Numbered from the stretch's first letter, positions 8,504 through 19,153 are shown. The stretch: DNA of 64,000 nucleotides from Candidatus Omnitrophota bacterium (GCA_043821285.1 JBDRCZ010000109.1:4302-68301), one strand, 5' to 3'. The notes: generated by a model from the letters alone, not told the origin. Numbers and translations are program-made.

Positions 8504-10204
8504 ATGTGTATGCTTGTATTAGAAAATATCAGTAAAAGATTTGTCAAAGCAACGGATAAAGATTGTAAACCAGCGTATTTCTGGGCATTGAAGAATATGA
8601 GTTTTAGTATTGCACAAGGTGAAATTTTTGGTATCATCGGCAGAAATGGTGCAGGCAAGACAACCCTTTTAAACATTATTGCCGGGATTACTTCTCCGAC
8701 AGAAGGACAGATTAAACTGCAGGGTAAGGTTTCGAGTCTATTTAACTTAGGCACGGGTTTTCAGCATGAGTTAAGTGGCGCAGAGAATATTTATTTAAAC
8801 GGTGCAATTTTAGGCATGCGCCAGACTGAAATCCAGAATAAATACCGCAATATTGTTGAATTTTCCGAGCTGGATGAATTTATTAATATGCCTTTAGGAA
8901 ATTATTCGCAGGGCATGCAGCTCAGGCTTGGGTTTAGCATTGCCATACATTTAGATTTTGATTTATTAATTATCGATGAAGTGCTTACGGTTGGTGACGG
9001 GGCATTTCAGGATAAATGTTTTACAAAACTTACAGAATTTAGACAACAGGGTAAGACAATGATTATTACCACCCAGTCTTTAGGCCTCATTGAGAGGCTA
9101 TCAACCAAGGTGCTATTACTGGAGCAGGGTAGGAATTATGGATATGGCAGTCCGGAAAAGGTAATTGCCGCCTATAAAAAATTATTAAATGAGCACAGAA
9201 AATTATCTGTTTTTCAAAATAATGACATTGTAAAAAAAACAATGTGGTGGTCATTGGATAAAGAAGAGTGGGGGAGAAGATCCGGCACTAAAGAAGTAAT
9301 TATCAAAAAAGTAAAAATGCTAAATCGATGGGGAAAGGGTGTTCAAGAGATAAAACCCAATGATTTTTTAAAAATAAAGGTATGCTTTTCAGTTAAGCAG
9401 ATGATAAAAGAGCCGCATTTTGGCATTGCCGTATTCCGGGAAGATGGGGTTTATTGTTATGGTCCTAATACCATGTTTGATAGTCTTATGTTTGAGAGAT
9501 TAACTATGGGAGAAGGATGGTTTAGTCTTGAGTATAAACGATTTATTCTAATGCCGGGCAAGTATTATTTTTCTGTAATTATCTGGGACAAAAAAGAGGT
9601 ATTAGCCTATGATTGTTTTAAAGGATATTTTAAATTAGAAGTAATTGGGGAAAATAGGGATAATCAACTGCTGAGTCTTAAATCCAGGTTTCATGATCAG
9701 AAGTTTTGGTGGATAAAAAATAACCATTTAAGTAACGGTTTTTTAAATCACGCCGTGCTGAGTGATAAATGGCAAAAAGAATATAATTCTCAACAGGCCG
9801 AAATAAAAAGCGTCCGATTTTTAGATCGTCAGAATAATTTTAAAACAGAATTTTGTACCGAAGAAAAGATGCAGATAAAGATAGATTTTTTTATTCCCGA
9901 CATGGTTAAAAATAATACCCTGTGCTTATGGATAGGAATCTTCCGTGATGACGGTATTTTTTGCCATTCGCGCTATAAAAAGGTAAAACCAACAGATAAA
10001 TCATTCACTTTAATCTATCCGAAATTATTATTGTTACCCGGGGAATACCGGGTTTCTATTGTGATATATGATAAAAATAAAGATGATTTTTTAATTATCA
10101 ATCACGGCAGATATCCTTTTAGAGTATACTTTACACGCCCGGACCATGGCACAGTTTATTTAACACACCAATGGCGCTATAAATTGCCAGATAGTGTCAC
10201 ATAG
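8504..10204 (+). CDS. wzt: ABC transporter ATP-binding protein Wzt-like with tandem C-terminal carbohydrate-binding-like domains
   Basis: Walker A GRNGAGKTT. Signature YSQGMQLRLGF. Walker B LLIIDEV. C-terminal about 320 aa form two repeated beta-rich modules (…LMPGKYYFSVIIWDK… / …LLPGEYRVSIVIYDK…). Confidence 0.8.
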   Translation: MCMLVLENISKRFVKATDKDCKPAYFWALKNMSFSIAQGEIFGIIGRNGAGKTTLLNIIAGITSPTEGQIKLQGKVSSLFNLGTGFQHELSGAENIYLNGAILGMRQTEIQNKYRNIVEFSELDEFINMPLGNYSQGMQLRLGFSIAIHLDFDLLIIDEVLTVGDGAFQDKCFTKLTEFRQQGKTMIITTQSLGLIERLSTKVLLLEQGRNYGYGSPEKVIAAYKKLLNEHRKLSVFQNNDIVKKTMWWSLDKEEWGRRSGTKEVIIKKVKMLNRWGKGVQEIKPNDFLKIKVCFSVKQMIKEPHFGIAVFREDGVYCYGPNTMFDSLMFERLTMGEGWFSLEYKRFILMPGKYYFSVIIWDKKEVLAYDCFKGYFKLEVIGENRDNQLLSLKSRFHDQKFWWIKNNHLSNGFLNHAVLSDKWQKEYNSQQAEIKSVRFLDRQNNFKTEFCTEEKMQIKIDFFIPDMVKNNTLCLWIGIFRDDGIFCHSRYKKVKPTDKSFTLIYPKLLLLPGEYRVSIVIYDKNKDDFLIINHGRYPFRVYFTRPDHGTVYLTHQWRYKLPDSVT

Positions 10205-10335
10205 AAAATGAAAAACAGGAAAAGAATAAACCACAGAGGACATAGAGAACGAAGAATAAGATTATTCTCTAACTCTATTACACTCAAGTTACTCTGTGAC
10301 CTCTGTGGTTGAGTATTTGATAGAACCTAATTAGC
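10205..10335 (+). repeat. ccacagag-type inverted-repeat element
   Basis: aaaccacagagg … ctctgtgacctctgtggtt. Related units occur at 27160-27290 and 59780-59940. Confidence 0.5.
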
Positions 10336-11988
10336 ATGCGGAGAGAGGGAATGAAGCTTCCTATTGTTAGTATAATCGTAGTCAATTTCAACGGCAAAAA
10401 GTATCTAAGAGACTGCTTTACATCCTTAGCTAATCTAAATTATCCCAAAGATAAAATAGAGATAATTATGGTGGATAATGGTTCTACAGACGGTTCGTTA
10501 GAGTATACGGAGAAACATTTTTCAGAAGTAAAGATTATTAAAAATGACATTAACAATTACTGCCGGGCGAATAATTTAGGGATAAAACAAGCTAAAGGGG
10601 AATTTATTCTTTTACAAAATAATGATGTTGTAGCAGAAAAGGATGTGTTGAGAGAATTAATGTTAGTCATTAGCCAAGATAATAAGATCGGTGCAGTTAC
10701 CGGTAAGATCTTATTCCCTGACGGAAAGATACAGTGTGTGGGGCATTATATGATGCCAAATTATTACTGGGCAGACCGTGGATTTAGAGAGGATGACCAT
10801 GGGCAGTATAACGAGGCAGAGGAAATCGATAGTCTTTCGCATTGTTTTGCTTTATATAGAAAAGAGTGTTTGAACAATGTAGGCGAGTTGGATGAGTCTT
10901 TTAATATGTATCTGGAAGACATTGATTTGTCGATACGGCAAAAACAAGAGCAATGGAAAATATTTTATGTTCCAAAAGCAGTTGTTTATCATAAATTTCA
11001 TGGTTCAGTAGATGAAAAAACAGTTGACTTTTACTGTGAAAGAAACAGACTGCTGTTAGTGGCTAAACATTACCCAGAAAAATTACCCCAGACATTATTG
11101 GGACAAGGATATTTTACAGTTTTAAGAGATGCTCGAAAAAGATTTATTGAGATTTTACCGGAAATATTTAATAAGATAAGTATTCACCATGGTCCGGCAA
11201 TGGTTATTCGTTTACTTCCGGATATTTTTAAAAATATGCAGGAGATAATGAATTATGAAAAAGATTATTTGGTAAAGCATATAGATGTATTAAAAAGCTA
11301 TATTAGCAGCAAAGAAGCAGAAATTATCCGTTTAAACGAAAGGATTGAGCAGGAGGTTCGTTTCATTGCCAAAAGGGATAAGATTATTAAAGACAGAGAG
11401 GAAGAAATTATCCGTTTAAACGAAAGGATTGAACAGGAAATAAGTTATGTTATCGAAAGGGATAAAATTATTGAAAATAAGGAACATATAATTGCAGATT
11501 TAAATGAGCGGATTAAATATGGTCATAGTGTTATTTTAGAAAGAGATGATACGATAAAGGGAAAGGAAGAGAAAATTATCTGCTTAGAAGAAGAGATTAA
11601 ACGGAAATTAAATATTATTACTGAGAGAAATAAGGTTATCAGTGAGAAACATAGAGAGATTATGCGGTTAAATTCAGAAATTCAAGAGATGCTTAATTCA
11701 GAAACATTTCGTTTTTTAATCTGTCCTGCCTGGAAGATGTTAGATAGAATCAAATTATTATTCAAAAAATGCAAGCAATGCATAGGTTCTTTTATATTTT
11801 TTATAAAAAAGATTATAAAAAATATCAGGCATGTTTTTACAAATTTAGCAGAAAAAGCTTCACAATCGATTAAATATATAATAAAAGCAATATTAGGTAA
11901 TATTATCTTTGTTTTTATAATTATATTATTTTTTATATTTATTGCGGTTCCGTTAAGGTTGAAAAAAATATTTAGGGTAAATGTATGA
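10336..11988 (+). CDS. GT2 glycosyltransferase fused to a long C-terminal coiled-coil and a hydrophobic tail
   Basis: GT-A N-terminus (IVSIIVVNFNG…DNGSTDGS…, DxD-like EDID). Residues about 310-460 are heptad-rich repeats (EIIRLNERIEQE appears twice). Ends …NSETFRFLICPAW… plus a TM/amphipathic tail. Confidence 0.75.
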   Translation: MRREGMKLPIVSIIVVNFNGKKYLRDCFTSLANLNYPKDKIEIIMVDNGSTDGSLEYTEKHFSEVKIIKNDINNYCRANNLGIKQAKGEFILLQNNDVVAEKDVLRELMLVISQDNKIGAVTGKILFPDGKIQCVGHYMMPNYYWADRGFREDDHGQYNEAEEIDSLSHCFALYRKECLNNVGELDESFNMYLEDIDLSIRQKQEQWKIFYVPKAVVYHKFHGSVDEKTVDFYCERNRLLLVAKHYPEKLPQTLLGQGYFTVLRDARKRFIEILPEIFNKISIHHGPAMVIRLLPDIFKNMQEIMNYEKDYLVKHIDVLKSYISSKEAEIIRLNERIEQEVRFIAKRDKIIKDREEEIIRLNERIEQEISYVIERDKIIENKEHIIADLNERIKYGHSVILERDDTIKGKEEKIICLEEEIKRKLNIITERNKVISEKHREIMRLNSEIQEMLNSETFRFLICPAWKMLDRIKLLFKKCKQCIGSFIFFIKKIIKNIRHVFTNLAEKASQSIKYIIKAILGNIIFVFIIILFFIFIAVPLRLKKIFRVNV

Positions 11989-13166
11989 ATATTCTTTTTC
12001 TTTCCCGCGATTATCCCCCTGGACATGTTGGCGGGGTAGGGACATATGTTTATGAAATGTCACGCCTTTTAGCAAAAATAGGACACAAGGTGTTTGTGAT
12101 AACAGAATCTCAGGATGGACCGCTTGATTATATAGAACAGGGCGTACATATTTTTAGAGTTCCATATACTAAAAATAAGTTATTGAATTATGCCCGTCAG
12201 AAACTACCTGGTTTTATAGAAAGAGTGGAATATAGCTATATCGTATCGAAAAAAATACAAGAAGTTGTTTTAAAGCATAAAATTGACATTGTCGAAAGTT
12301 GTGAAGCACGCGCCGAAGGATTTTTATATTATCTTTTTAAAAGAAAACCGCCTTTGGTAATAAAACTTCATACCCCTGAAGGTATAGTATCTAAGTTGAA
12401 CCGTGATCCACAAACAAAGGACCGCCAATTGCTTGAAAAGTTAGAGGAATGGTGGATTTGCCGTGCGCATAGAGTAATCGGACTTAGTCAAGCAATTGCT
12501 AGTCTAACAAGACAGCATTACCAGATCAGACTTAAGAACCTGCCTATTGTATCAAATCCTCTTGATATCGAATATTTTAGACCCAGACAATGTTTAAATA
12601 ATCACAAGACAGTTTTGTATATAGGCCGGCTGGAGTTTCGTAAGGGTGTTCATGTGCTCATTCGTGCAATCCCCGGTATTTTAAAAGAAGTTCCTCAGGT
12701 AAAATTTATTTTTGTAGGTGATGACTGTGGAATGAAAGCCTATCTTAGAGATACCGTAGAGCGTTTCAATGTTAGCGATTCCGTAGAATTTCTTGACCAA
12801 ATGCCAAGAGATAAATTAATTGGTTATTATCAGCAAAGTAGTGTTTGTGTTGTCCCGTCTCTTTGGGAAAATCAGCCGTATGTAATCTTAGAGGCAATGG
12901 CTTGCGGAAAACCGGTTATTGCCAGTGATACCGGCGGAATCTCTGAAATTATCAAAGACAAAGTCAACGGGCTTTTAGTTGCCCCGGGGAGTGTAATAGA
13001 TTTAACAGAAATAATAATAAAAGTATTAGTTGATAGACAATTACAAGAAAAATTAGGTGATAATGCCAGAAAATTTATTGAAAATACATACTCCCCAATA
13101 ACAGTTGTTAAAAGCAGCTTAAAAATATATGAAAGATTTGTAAAGAATGTTTCCATTTTGCCCTAA
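11985..13166 (+). CDS. Glycosyltransferase family 4
   Basis: ATGA overlap. MNILFLSRDYPPGHVGGVGTY and EGFGLVILEAMACGKPVIAS-like motifs. Confidence 0.8.
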   Translation: MNILFLSRDYPPGHVGGVGTYVYEMSRLLAKIGHKVFVITESQDGPLDYIEQGVHIFRVPYTKNKLLNYARQKLPGFIERVEYSYIVSKKIQEVVLKHKIDIVESCEARAEGFLYYLFKRKPPLVIKLHTPEGIVSKLNRDPQTKDRQLLEKLEEWWICRAHRVIGLSQAIASLTRQHYQIRLKNLPIVSNPLDIEYFRPRQCLNNHKTVLYIGRLEFRKGVHVLIRAIPGILKEVPQVKFIFVGDDCGMKAYLRDTVERFNVSDSVEFLDQMPRDKLIGYYQQSSVCVVPSLWENQPYVILEAMACGKPVIASDTGGISEIIKDKVNGLLVAPGSVIDLTEIIIKVLVDRQLQEKLGDNARKFIENTYSPITVVKSSLKIYERFVKNVSILP

Positions 13167-14118
13167 ACCAAAGATTATGGTTTTTTTTACTACTTTTCGA
13201 TGTAACTTACGCTGCGCAATGTGCTATGCATGGATTAAACAGAAAAAAACTAAGGAACTTACAGTTGAGCAAATTCAAGAGCTATTTTGCGATAAACTTA
13301 TTAGGGATAATTTAGAGATTATAAACATTACTGGTGGAGAGCCGACATTAAGAGATGATCTTAGTGAGATTGCTAAAATAATTTTGAGCAATTGTAAACG
13401 GCTCAGACGTATTGACATATCTACCAATGGCGTTAATACCTCAGAGATAATTGATCAACTCGAACGCATCTTGGCGTTGGCTTTGCCAACAAATGTTAGG
13501 CTAACAGCAAATATTTCAATAGATGGTGTAGGAGAAACACATGAGCGGGTGAGAGGCGTTTCAGGTATATTTACTAAAGTCGAACAAACCGTAGAAGGGC
13601 TGAGAGAATTAATGCGATTATATCCATTTTTTTCTCTCGGTTTTAATATGACCATAAGCAGAATAAATTATCATGTAATAGAAGAGGTAAGAAAATATGC
13701 AAAACAAAAAGGCATTGGTGTTAACTTTACCTTGGCAGCAATTTCAGATATTGGGGTAGAGAGTTCTCGAGTAAAAGAGAAATTCATGATAGATCAAGAC
13801 AAAAACAATGCACTCATAGCATCTTTAAACGAATTATTAAAAACAAAAAATGGGGACTTACGTTATTTGAAATTGATTCTTACATGGCTTAAGACCGGAA
13901 GACGTAATGATTATTGTGCGTTTAGGCAAGGCAAGGCTTTTCTTTTAGAGCCTGATGGCGAAATGTATGCATGTGGTAATTTTAGGGAGTCCAGAATTGG
14001 TAATGTTACTCAGTCGCCATTGGAGAAAATATGGATGAGAGCCGGCAAAGCATGGAAAGCTATCTCCATTAAATGCAGCACTTGCGTTAGTAACTGTTAT
14101 ATAGATAAGGCAAAGTGA
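13147..14118 (+). CDS. Radical SAM enzyme with C-terminal SPASM/twitch-like Cys cluster
   Basis: CNLRCAMC (CX3CX2C). GGEPTL. C-terminal CAFRQG…YACGNF…CSTCVSNC. Start may be Met at 13177. Confidence 0.7.
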   Translation: MFPFCPKPKIMVFFTTFRCNLRCAMCYAWIKQKKTKELTVEQIQELFCDKLIRDNLEIINITGGEPTLRDDLSEIAKIILSNCKRLRRIDISTNGVNTSEIIDQLERILALALPTNVRLTANISIDGVGETHERVRGVSGIFTKVEQTVEGLRELMRLYPFFSLGFNMTISRINYHVIEEVRKYAKQKGIGVNFTLAAISDIGVESSRVKEKFMIDQDKNNALIASLNELLKTKNGDLRYLKLILTWLKTGRRNDYCAFRQGKAFLLEPDGEMYACGNFRESRIGNVTQSPLEKIWMRAGKAWKAISIKCSTCVSNCYIDKAK

Positions 14119-14119
14119 T

Positions 14120-14347
14120 GGTAGTGTCAAAAATAAAATAAAAAACCGGAAAGCAACCACAGAACCACGGATGACACAAAAGAAAAGTAAATCTTAACCA
14201 CAGTGTACACAGATAAGCATAAGAATTTTAAAGAGAAAAAATCTGAGATAATCAGTGGTGAATAAATCTGTGGTTGCTTATGACCTATGGTTACTTGTAG
14301 TCTTGAATGCTTGTACTCTGTGAGTGCTTAAAAAATATACGAAAGTG
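14120..14347 (+). repeat. MITE-like dispersed repeat, copy 2
   Basis: ggtagtgtcaaaaataaaat…aaccggaaagcaaccacag … aatctgtggttgc … gcttaaaaaatatacgaaagtg. Left end is identical to the copy at 53351. Confidence 0.7.
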
Positions 14348-14363
14348 ATTTAGGAGGCAATTT

Positions 14364-15767
14364 GTGAAAATCGCTCTTGTACAGTGTCCAGCTTGGACAA
14401 CCGAAAGTCCTACTTATGGGTTAGCATTATTAACCGCAGCATTAAAGAAAAGGGGGCATGAGGTACTATGCTTTGATTTTAATATTGAATTATATAGATT
14501 TTGTAAAGAACAACAGAACCAACATAGGAGTGTGATTAACGAGGAATCGTGGTCAATGGATTTTAGAGGAAGTGTCTGGTATGAGAAGGATAGTGTATTA
14601 AATTTTATAAATAGATTTGAAGTTTATATAGACGGACTTGTAGAGTTAGTTGTCCGTTCACCGGTACAAATTATCGGGTTTTCTGTGCAAAGTACTTCAA
14701 AATTTTTTAGTCTCGAATTTGCCCGCAGAATAAAGGAAAAAGATAAGAATAAAACTATTGTTTTTGGCGGACATTTGTGTTTTAGGAATTGTTATGGCAT
14801 AAATATGTTGAAAGATTTTCAATTTTTAGATTTTGTGTGCTTTGGAGAGGCAGAGGAATCCTTTCCCGATTTGGTAGGACGATTAGAGAAAAATGAGCAT
14901 ATTGAGTCTTACGCAGGATTTGGGCATTGTCTAAAAGATGGTACGATAATCGACGGTGGAGATGGGGAATTAATAGAAAATTTAGATGAAAAACCTTTTG
15001 CGGATTATTCTATCTTTTGTTTAGAAAAATATACAAAAAGTCTACTGCCTATTTCTACTAGCAGGGGTTGTATAAATAGATGCAGTTTTTGTAATGAAAG
15101 CCCTCATTGGGGGAGGTACAGGAGAAGGAGTGCACAAAATATTCTTGCCGAGATAATGTATCAAATAGAAAAGTATCCCCATATAGAAATGTTTTGGTTT
15201 AATGATTCTTTAATTAATGGGGATATTAAAATGCTAAATGAATTATGTGATTTATTAATTTCAAATAAAATTAGAATTAATTGGGGTGGGCAAGGGATAA
15301 TTTGTAACGAAATGAAAAGAGAGTTCTTGCAAAAAATGAAGTTAGCGGGTTGCAGTGTAATAAGTTATGGTGTTGAAAGTGGTAGTACTAAGCTATTGAG
15401 GTTAATGCAAAAAAAATATACGGCAGAGCTATCCGAAGAGGTAATACGCAATACTTTCAAAACAGGCATAAGTGTGATTTTTAATATAATTGTAGGCTTT
15501 CCAAGCGAAACGGAAAATGAATTTAAGAAGACCAGAGATTTTATCAGGCATTGCAGAAAATATGCGAGCCATATAGAACTGGTGTCATTACTTCTATTAA
15601 AAGATTCATATTTATATAACAACCTTGAAAAATTTAACATTGCTCCTATGGAATCTAACGACTCCGATTGGCAGTTAAAATGGAAGACAAATGATAACCT
15701 AAATACTTATAGCATACGTAAGCAACGTTTGGAGGAGTTAAAGAAAATAATGGAAGAAGCATTTTAG
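14364..15767 (+). CDS. B12-binding (class B) radical SAM enzyme
   Basis: GTG start with taggagg RBS. N-terminal B12-binding-like Rossmann segment (KIALVQCPAW…). Radical SAM core RGCINRCSFC. Confidence 0.75.
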   Translation: MKIALVQCPAWTTESPTYGLALLTAALKKRGHEVLCFDFNIELYRFCKEQQNQHRSVINEESWSMDFRGSVWYEKDSVLNFINRFEVYIDGLVELVVRSPVQIIGFSVQSTSKFFSLEFARRIKEKDKNKTIVFGGHLCFRNCYGINMLKDFQFLDFVCFGEAEESFPDLVGRLEKNEHIESYAGFGHCLKDGTIIDGGDGELIENLDEKPFADYSIFCLEKYTKSLLPISTSRGCINRCSFCNESPHWGRYRRRSAQNILAEIMYQIEKYPHIEMFWFNDSLINGDIKMLNELCDLLISNKIRINWGGQGIICNEMKREFLQKMKLAGCSVISYGVESGSTKLLRLMQKKYTAELSEEVIRNTFKTGISVIFNIIVGFPSETENEFKKTRDFIRHCRKYASHIELVSLLLLKDSYLYNNLEKFNIAPMESNDSDWQLKWKTNDNLNTYSIRKQRLEELKKIMEEAF

Positions 15768-15795
15768 GTTAGAAGTTTTCGGCTAATAGTTTAAC

Positions 15796-17418
15796 TTGAA
15801 GATTAGAGAAATAACTAAAATGGATAAAAAATATTTTATTACGTTGTTATTGATAGCATTTTTTGGCTTTCTATTGCGCGCTTTTTTCCCTGGGAAAATT
15901 TTAGTAGAAAATGATGCCGTATTGTATACCGAAATTGTAAAAATTGTACATGGCATTAATCCGTTTCCCCATTTTACATTTAAATGGACACCCGTTTTTT
16001 TATCAGGATATTATGGGTGGTTTTTATCAGATTTAAGAGCCTCTATCTATTTTATTTTACCTTTTTTAAAAGTTCAGTTTTATTTTACAGTGTTACTTGG
16101 CGTCGCCTTGGTTTTTTCTACTTATAGACTTGCGATGAGGCTGTACGGTGATAATAATGTTGCAATACTATCAAGTTTTATAATCTCGATAATACCGATA
16201 CATGTAAGTATGAGTTATGGCCTTTCAGCTGAAATTCCGCAAACATTTTTACTTTTAGAGTCATTCAATTTTTTAATAGATTTTATTAATAAGCAGAAAT
16301 TAAGGGATTTTTTCATTTCTGGAGTTTTATTTGCTTTTTCTATACAATCCAAGATGCTGTCAATATTATTAATGCCGAGTATTTGTTTTTTGGTTTTTAT
16401 AAATAAAAAGCTTATTAACGGCAGCATTTTAAAATTTTTAATGCTTTATTTTATTCTCCCATTCATAATCTGGTTATCTTGGGCAATACCTAATTTTTAT
16501 AGAATATTTGGCAATTATGCACATTCTCTATCATCTTTTATATTAAATATAGGTTCAGAGTCAATGAAGATTAGTTTAATTGATTCGCATTTGGAGTTTT
16601 TATCAGTAGGAGGTATTTATTTATTTGCCTTCTCTCTATTGTGTCTTCTGGGGCTTCACAAGAAGCAAGATATATTTATTTTGTTTTCTATAGCAATCCC
16701 TTTACTTGTTTTGCATTTTCTGAAAGATGCAATGACTTATTGGTTACCTTTCATAGTTCCGTTTTATAGTATTGCTATGGCCAGGGCATTTTTTGGCATA
16801 AGGGTTAGATTTATCAAAGCCATGTTATTAGTGATTTTTATCTATTTTGTGGGTATTTGTTTAAGAACAAATATTATAAATTTACATTTTGATTTCAATA
16901 GTCAAGCGGGATTTTATATGAGGCCAAGTACAAGATGGATGATGTTTCCTCTTGTGCAATGCCAAGTAAATTTAGACACGGTAAAAGAACTTAGAAAGAT
17001 TATAGACGAAGACGATGTTGTTTTTTTATCGCATACCTTTGAAAGCTATAAAGGTTTCTTAATGGATATAGACACAAAATCTCTACCTGTTTATAGAAAT
17101 ATTAAACAAGGTACTTTTGAGTATAAAAGGGATTGGGTAAGAGAAGTAAGTAAAATTATAAACGATGCCTTTAGTGATAAGAGCAGAAGAGCGTTACTTG
17201 TACTCCAAGACGGCGGTTATTATTACCGTGTCCATGATAAGGGAGTCTGGCTTGAAACGCACCAAGATCAACTTTTGGAAGCAGCTGGTTTCAAAAAAAT
17301 ATACGAAAAAACGTATCCTGATAAGGAAACTATTGATAAATCCAGAAGATACTATAAACATTCTTCTGCACAGTCTCAATGGGCAAAAAATTATATATTT
17401 GTAAAAGAATATAAGTGA
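15796..17418 (+). CDS. Polytopic membrane protein, probably a GT-C fold glycosyltransferase (ArnT/PMT-like)
   Basis: At least 10 TM helices, then an about 160-aa soluble C-terminal domain. The N-terminal region resembles the GT39/GT83 family by eye. Confidence 0.45.
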   Translation: MKIREITKMDKKYFITLLLIAFFGFLLRAFFPGKILVENDAVLYTEIVKIVHGINPFPHFTFKWTPVFLSGYYGWFLSDLRASIYFILPFLKVQFYFTVLLGVALVFSTYRLAMRLYGDNNVAILSSFIISIIPIHVSMSYGLSAEIPQTFLLLESFNFLIDFINKQKLRDFFISGVLFAFSIQSKMLSILLMPSICFLVFINKKLINGSILKFLMLYFILPFIIWLSWAIPNFYRIFGNYAHSLSSFILNIGSESMKISLIDSHLEFLSVGGIYLFAFSLLCLLGLHKKQDIFILFSIAIPLLVLHFLKDAMTYWLPFIVPFYSIAMARAFFGIRVRFIKAMLLVIFIYFVGICLRTNIINLHFDFNSQAGFYMRPSTRWMMFPLVQCQVNLDTVKELRKIIDEDDVVFLSHTFESYKGFLMDIDTKSLPVYRNIKQGTFEYKRDWVREVSKIINDAFSDKSRRALLVLQDGGYYYRVHDKGVWLETHQDQLLEAAGFKKIYEKTYPDKETIDKSRRYYKHSSAQSQWAKNYIFVKEYK

Positions 17419-17500
17419 ACGTGAGAATGCTTTTACTTTCTCGTTTTTTGTAAATGTACATACCGATTAAGCAAATTTGAGTATAAAAAAGGAGACGATT

Positions 17501-18724
17501 TTGAATATATGCCTTATTTCCCGTGAATATCCGGGCGAGACCGGCTGGGGGGGGATAGGTACTTATACTTATCATCTGGCGCATGGATTATCAAAACTGG
17601 GACATAAGGTCGTGGTTATTACTCAGGGGCTTGAGGCAGATAAAGAATACATGGATAAGAGTGTCTGGATATATAGAACTAAACATAAGATTTTGTTTGA
17701 ACATAAAGAGTCCTTGAAAGATTTTTTTCAGCGTTTGGAATACAGTAAGACTGTATATGCAAAGATAAGCGAACTAATAACAAAATGGCGTTTTGATATT
17801 ATTGAAGGGCCGAACTTGTCCGGAGAAGCTTTTATCTACAGTTTATTTAAAAAAGCCCCTTTAGTAACACGGCTGCATACGCATTTTTCTGAGGTGATTT
17901 CTTTTTTAGGCTGGGAAATAACCCAAGACCTGCGGCTGAGCTGCTGGATAGAAGATGCCACGATTTTAAGAAGCGATCTGGTAACTTGTTCAACGCGGCA
18001 ACATGCTGGGATTATCTTTAGCAACTTGGTATCCTGTCCGGAAAATGTAGAAATAATCCCCCTGGGTGTTCCCTTACCAACATTAGACCGGCAAAATAAA
18101 GTTAATCAGGGTAAATGGAAAGTCTTATATGTGGGCAGGCTTGAAAAAAGAAAGGGTATACAAGTATTAATTAAAGCAATACCTGAAATATTACAGCAGG
18201 TTCCTGACACGGAATTTAATATTATTGGCCGGGATTCTTATGTTAATGGGGAGAGTGTTTCTTTTACTGGTCGCGCAGAGGATTCGTTTCAGCGTAAACT
18301 ATTGAAAGACATCCCGCGGCAATATTTAAAAAAAATTAAATTTATAGGATATGCAGAGGATAAGCAATTAGAAGAGTACTACCAGAGTTGTGACGTATTT
18401 GTAGCGCCGTCTTTGTATGAGTCATTCGGATTTATTTATATTGAGGCAATGTCCTATGCTAAGCCGGTTGTCGGATGCAGTGTTGGCGGGGTGCCGGAGG
18501 TTATAAAAGATGGAGAAACAGGAATATTGGTTGCGCCCGAGGACCATTATCAACTGACACAGGCAATTATCCGGTTATTAAAAAATAAAGAGTTAAGAGT
18601 GAGAATGGGAATTAATGCCAGAAAACATGTGGAAGCAAATTTTACCCGCGAACAGATGGTACAGAAAACCCTGGATACGTATAGAAAAGTTATTAACGTA
18701 AAGAATAATAAAAGAACCAGATGA
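17501..18724 (+). CDS. Glycosyltransferase family 4, tandem paralog A
   Basis: N-term NICLISREYPGETGWGGIGTY. RBS aaaaggag sits upstream of TTG 17501 (the ORF track begins at 17477). About 60% identical to the CDS at 19154. Confidence 0.8.
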   Translation: MNICLISREYPGETGWGGIGTYTYHLAHGLSKLGHKVVVITQGLEADKEYMDKSVWIYRTKHKILFEHKESLKDFFQRLEYSKTVYAKISELITKWRFDIIEGPNLSGEAFIYSLFKKAPLVTRLHTHFSEVISFLGWEITQDLRLSCWIEDATILRSDLVTCSTRQHAGIIFSNLVSCPENVEIIPLGVPLPTLDRQNKVNQGKWKVLYVGRLEKRKGIQVLIKAIPEILQQVPDTEFNIIGRDSYVNGESVSFTGRAEDSFQRKLLKDIPRQYLKKIKFIGYAEDKQLEEYYQSCDVFVAPSLYESFGFIYIEAMSYAKPVVGCSVGGVPEVIKDGETGILVAPEDHYQLTQAIIRLLKNKELRVRMGINARKHVEANFTREQMVQKTLDTYRKVINVKNNKRTR

Positions 18725-19140
18725 TATTAACTAAACCCAGAGGTGCTGATTTGAACAATAAAAATGATTCTATAAAATATCAGGATTTTGATAAACTTCT
18801 TGAGCTTTTCATAAAAAAGATTATTGAGTTAGAAAACATGATTAAAGACAGAGAAGAACACATCAATAATCTCAAAGCAATGTTGCAAGAAAGGGATAAA
18901 TCTATCGGAGCTGCTGCACAGGAGCTAAAAGACCAAAAAGGGCATATTAATAAGTTGGAAGAAAATATAAGAATTAAAGAGAAAAATATTGAATCACTGC
19001 TTCAGGAAATCAAGGGTATTTATAATTCAGAAACTTACCGGTTTATTGTGCGGCCGGTTATTTTGCCATGTTTATCAGTGGTAAAGAGAATAGCTCATAG
19101 AATAAAAAAATTGTTTGACTTATTAAAATTCTTTAAGTGA
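18721..19140 (+). CDS. Small coiled-coil protein sharing its C-terminal motif with the GT2-coiled-coil fusion
   Basis: ATGA overlap. Heptad-rich. C-terminus NSETYRFIVRPV… parallels NSETFRFLICPAW… at the end of the CDS at 10336. Confidence 0.6.
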   Translation: MILTKPRGADLNNKNDSIKYQDFDKLLELFIKKIIELENMIKDREEHINNLKAMLQERDKSIGAAAQELKDQKGHINKLEENIRIKEKNIESLLQEIKGIYNSETYRFIVRPVILPCLSVVKRIAHRIKKLFDLLKFFK

Positions 19141-19153
19141 TTAATTAAAACTT

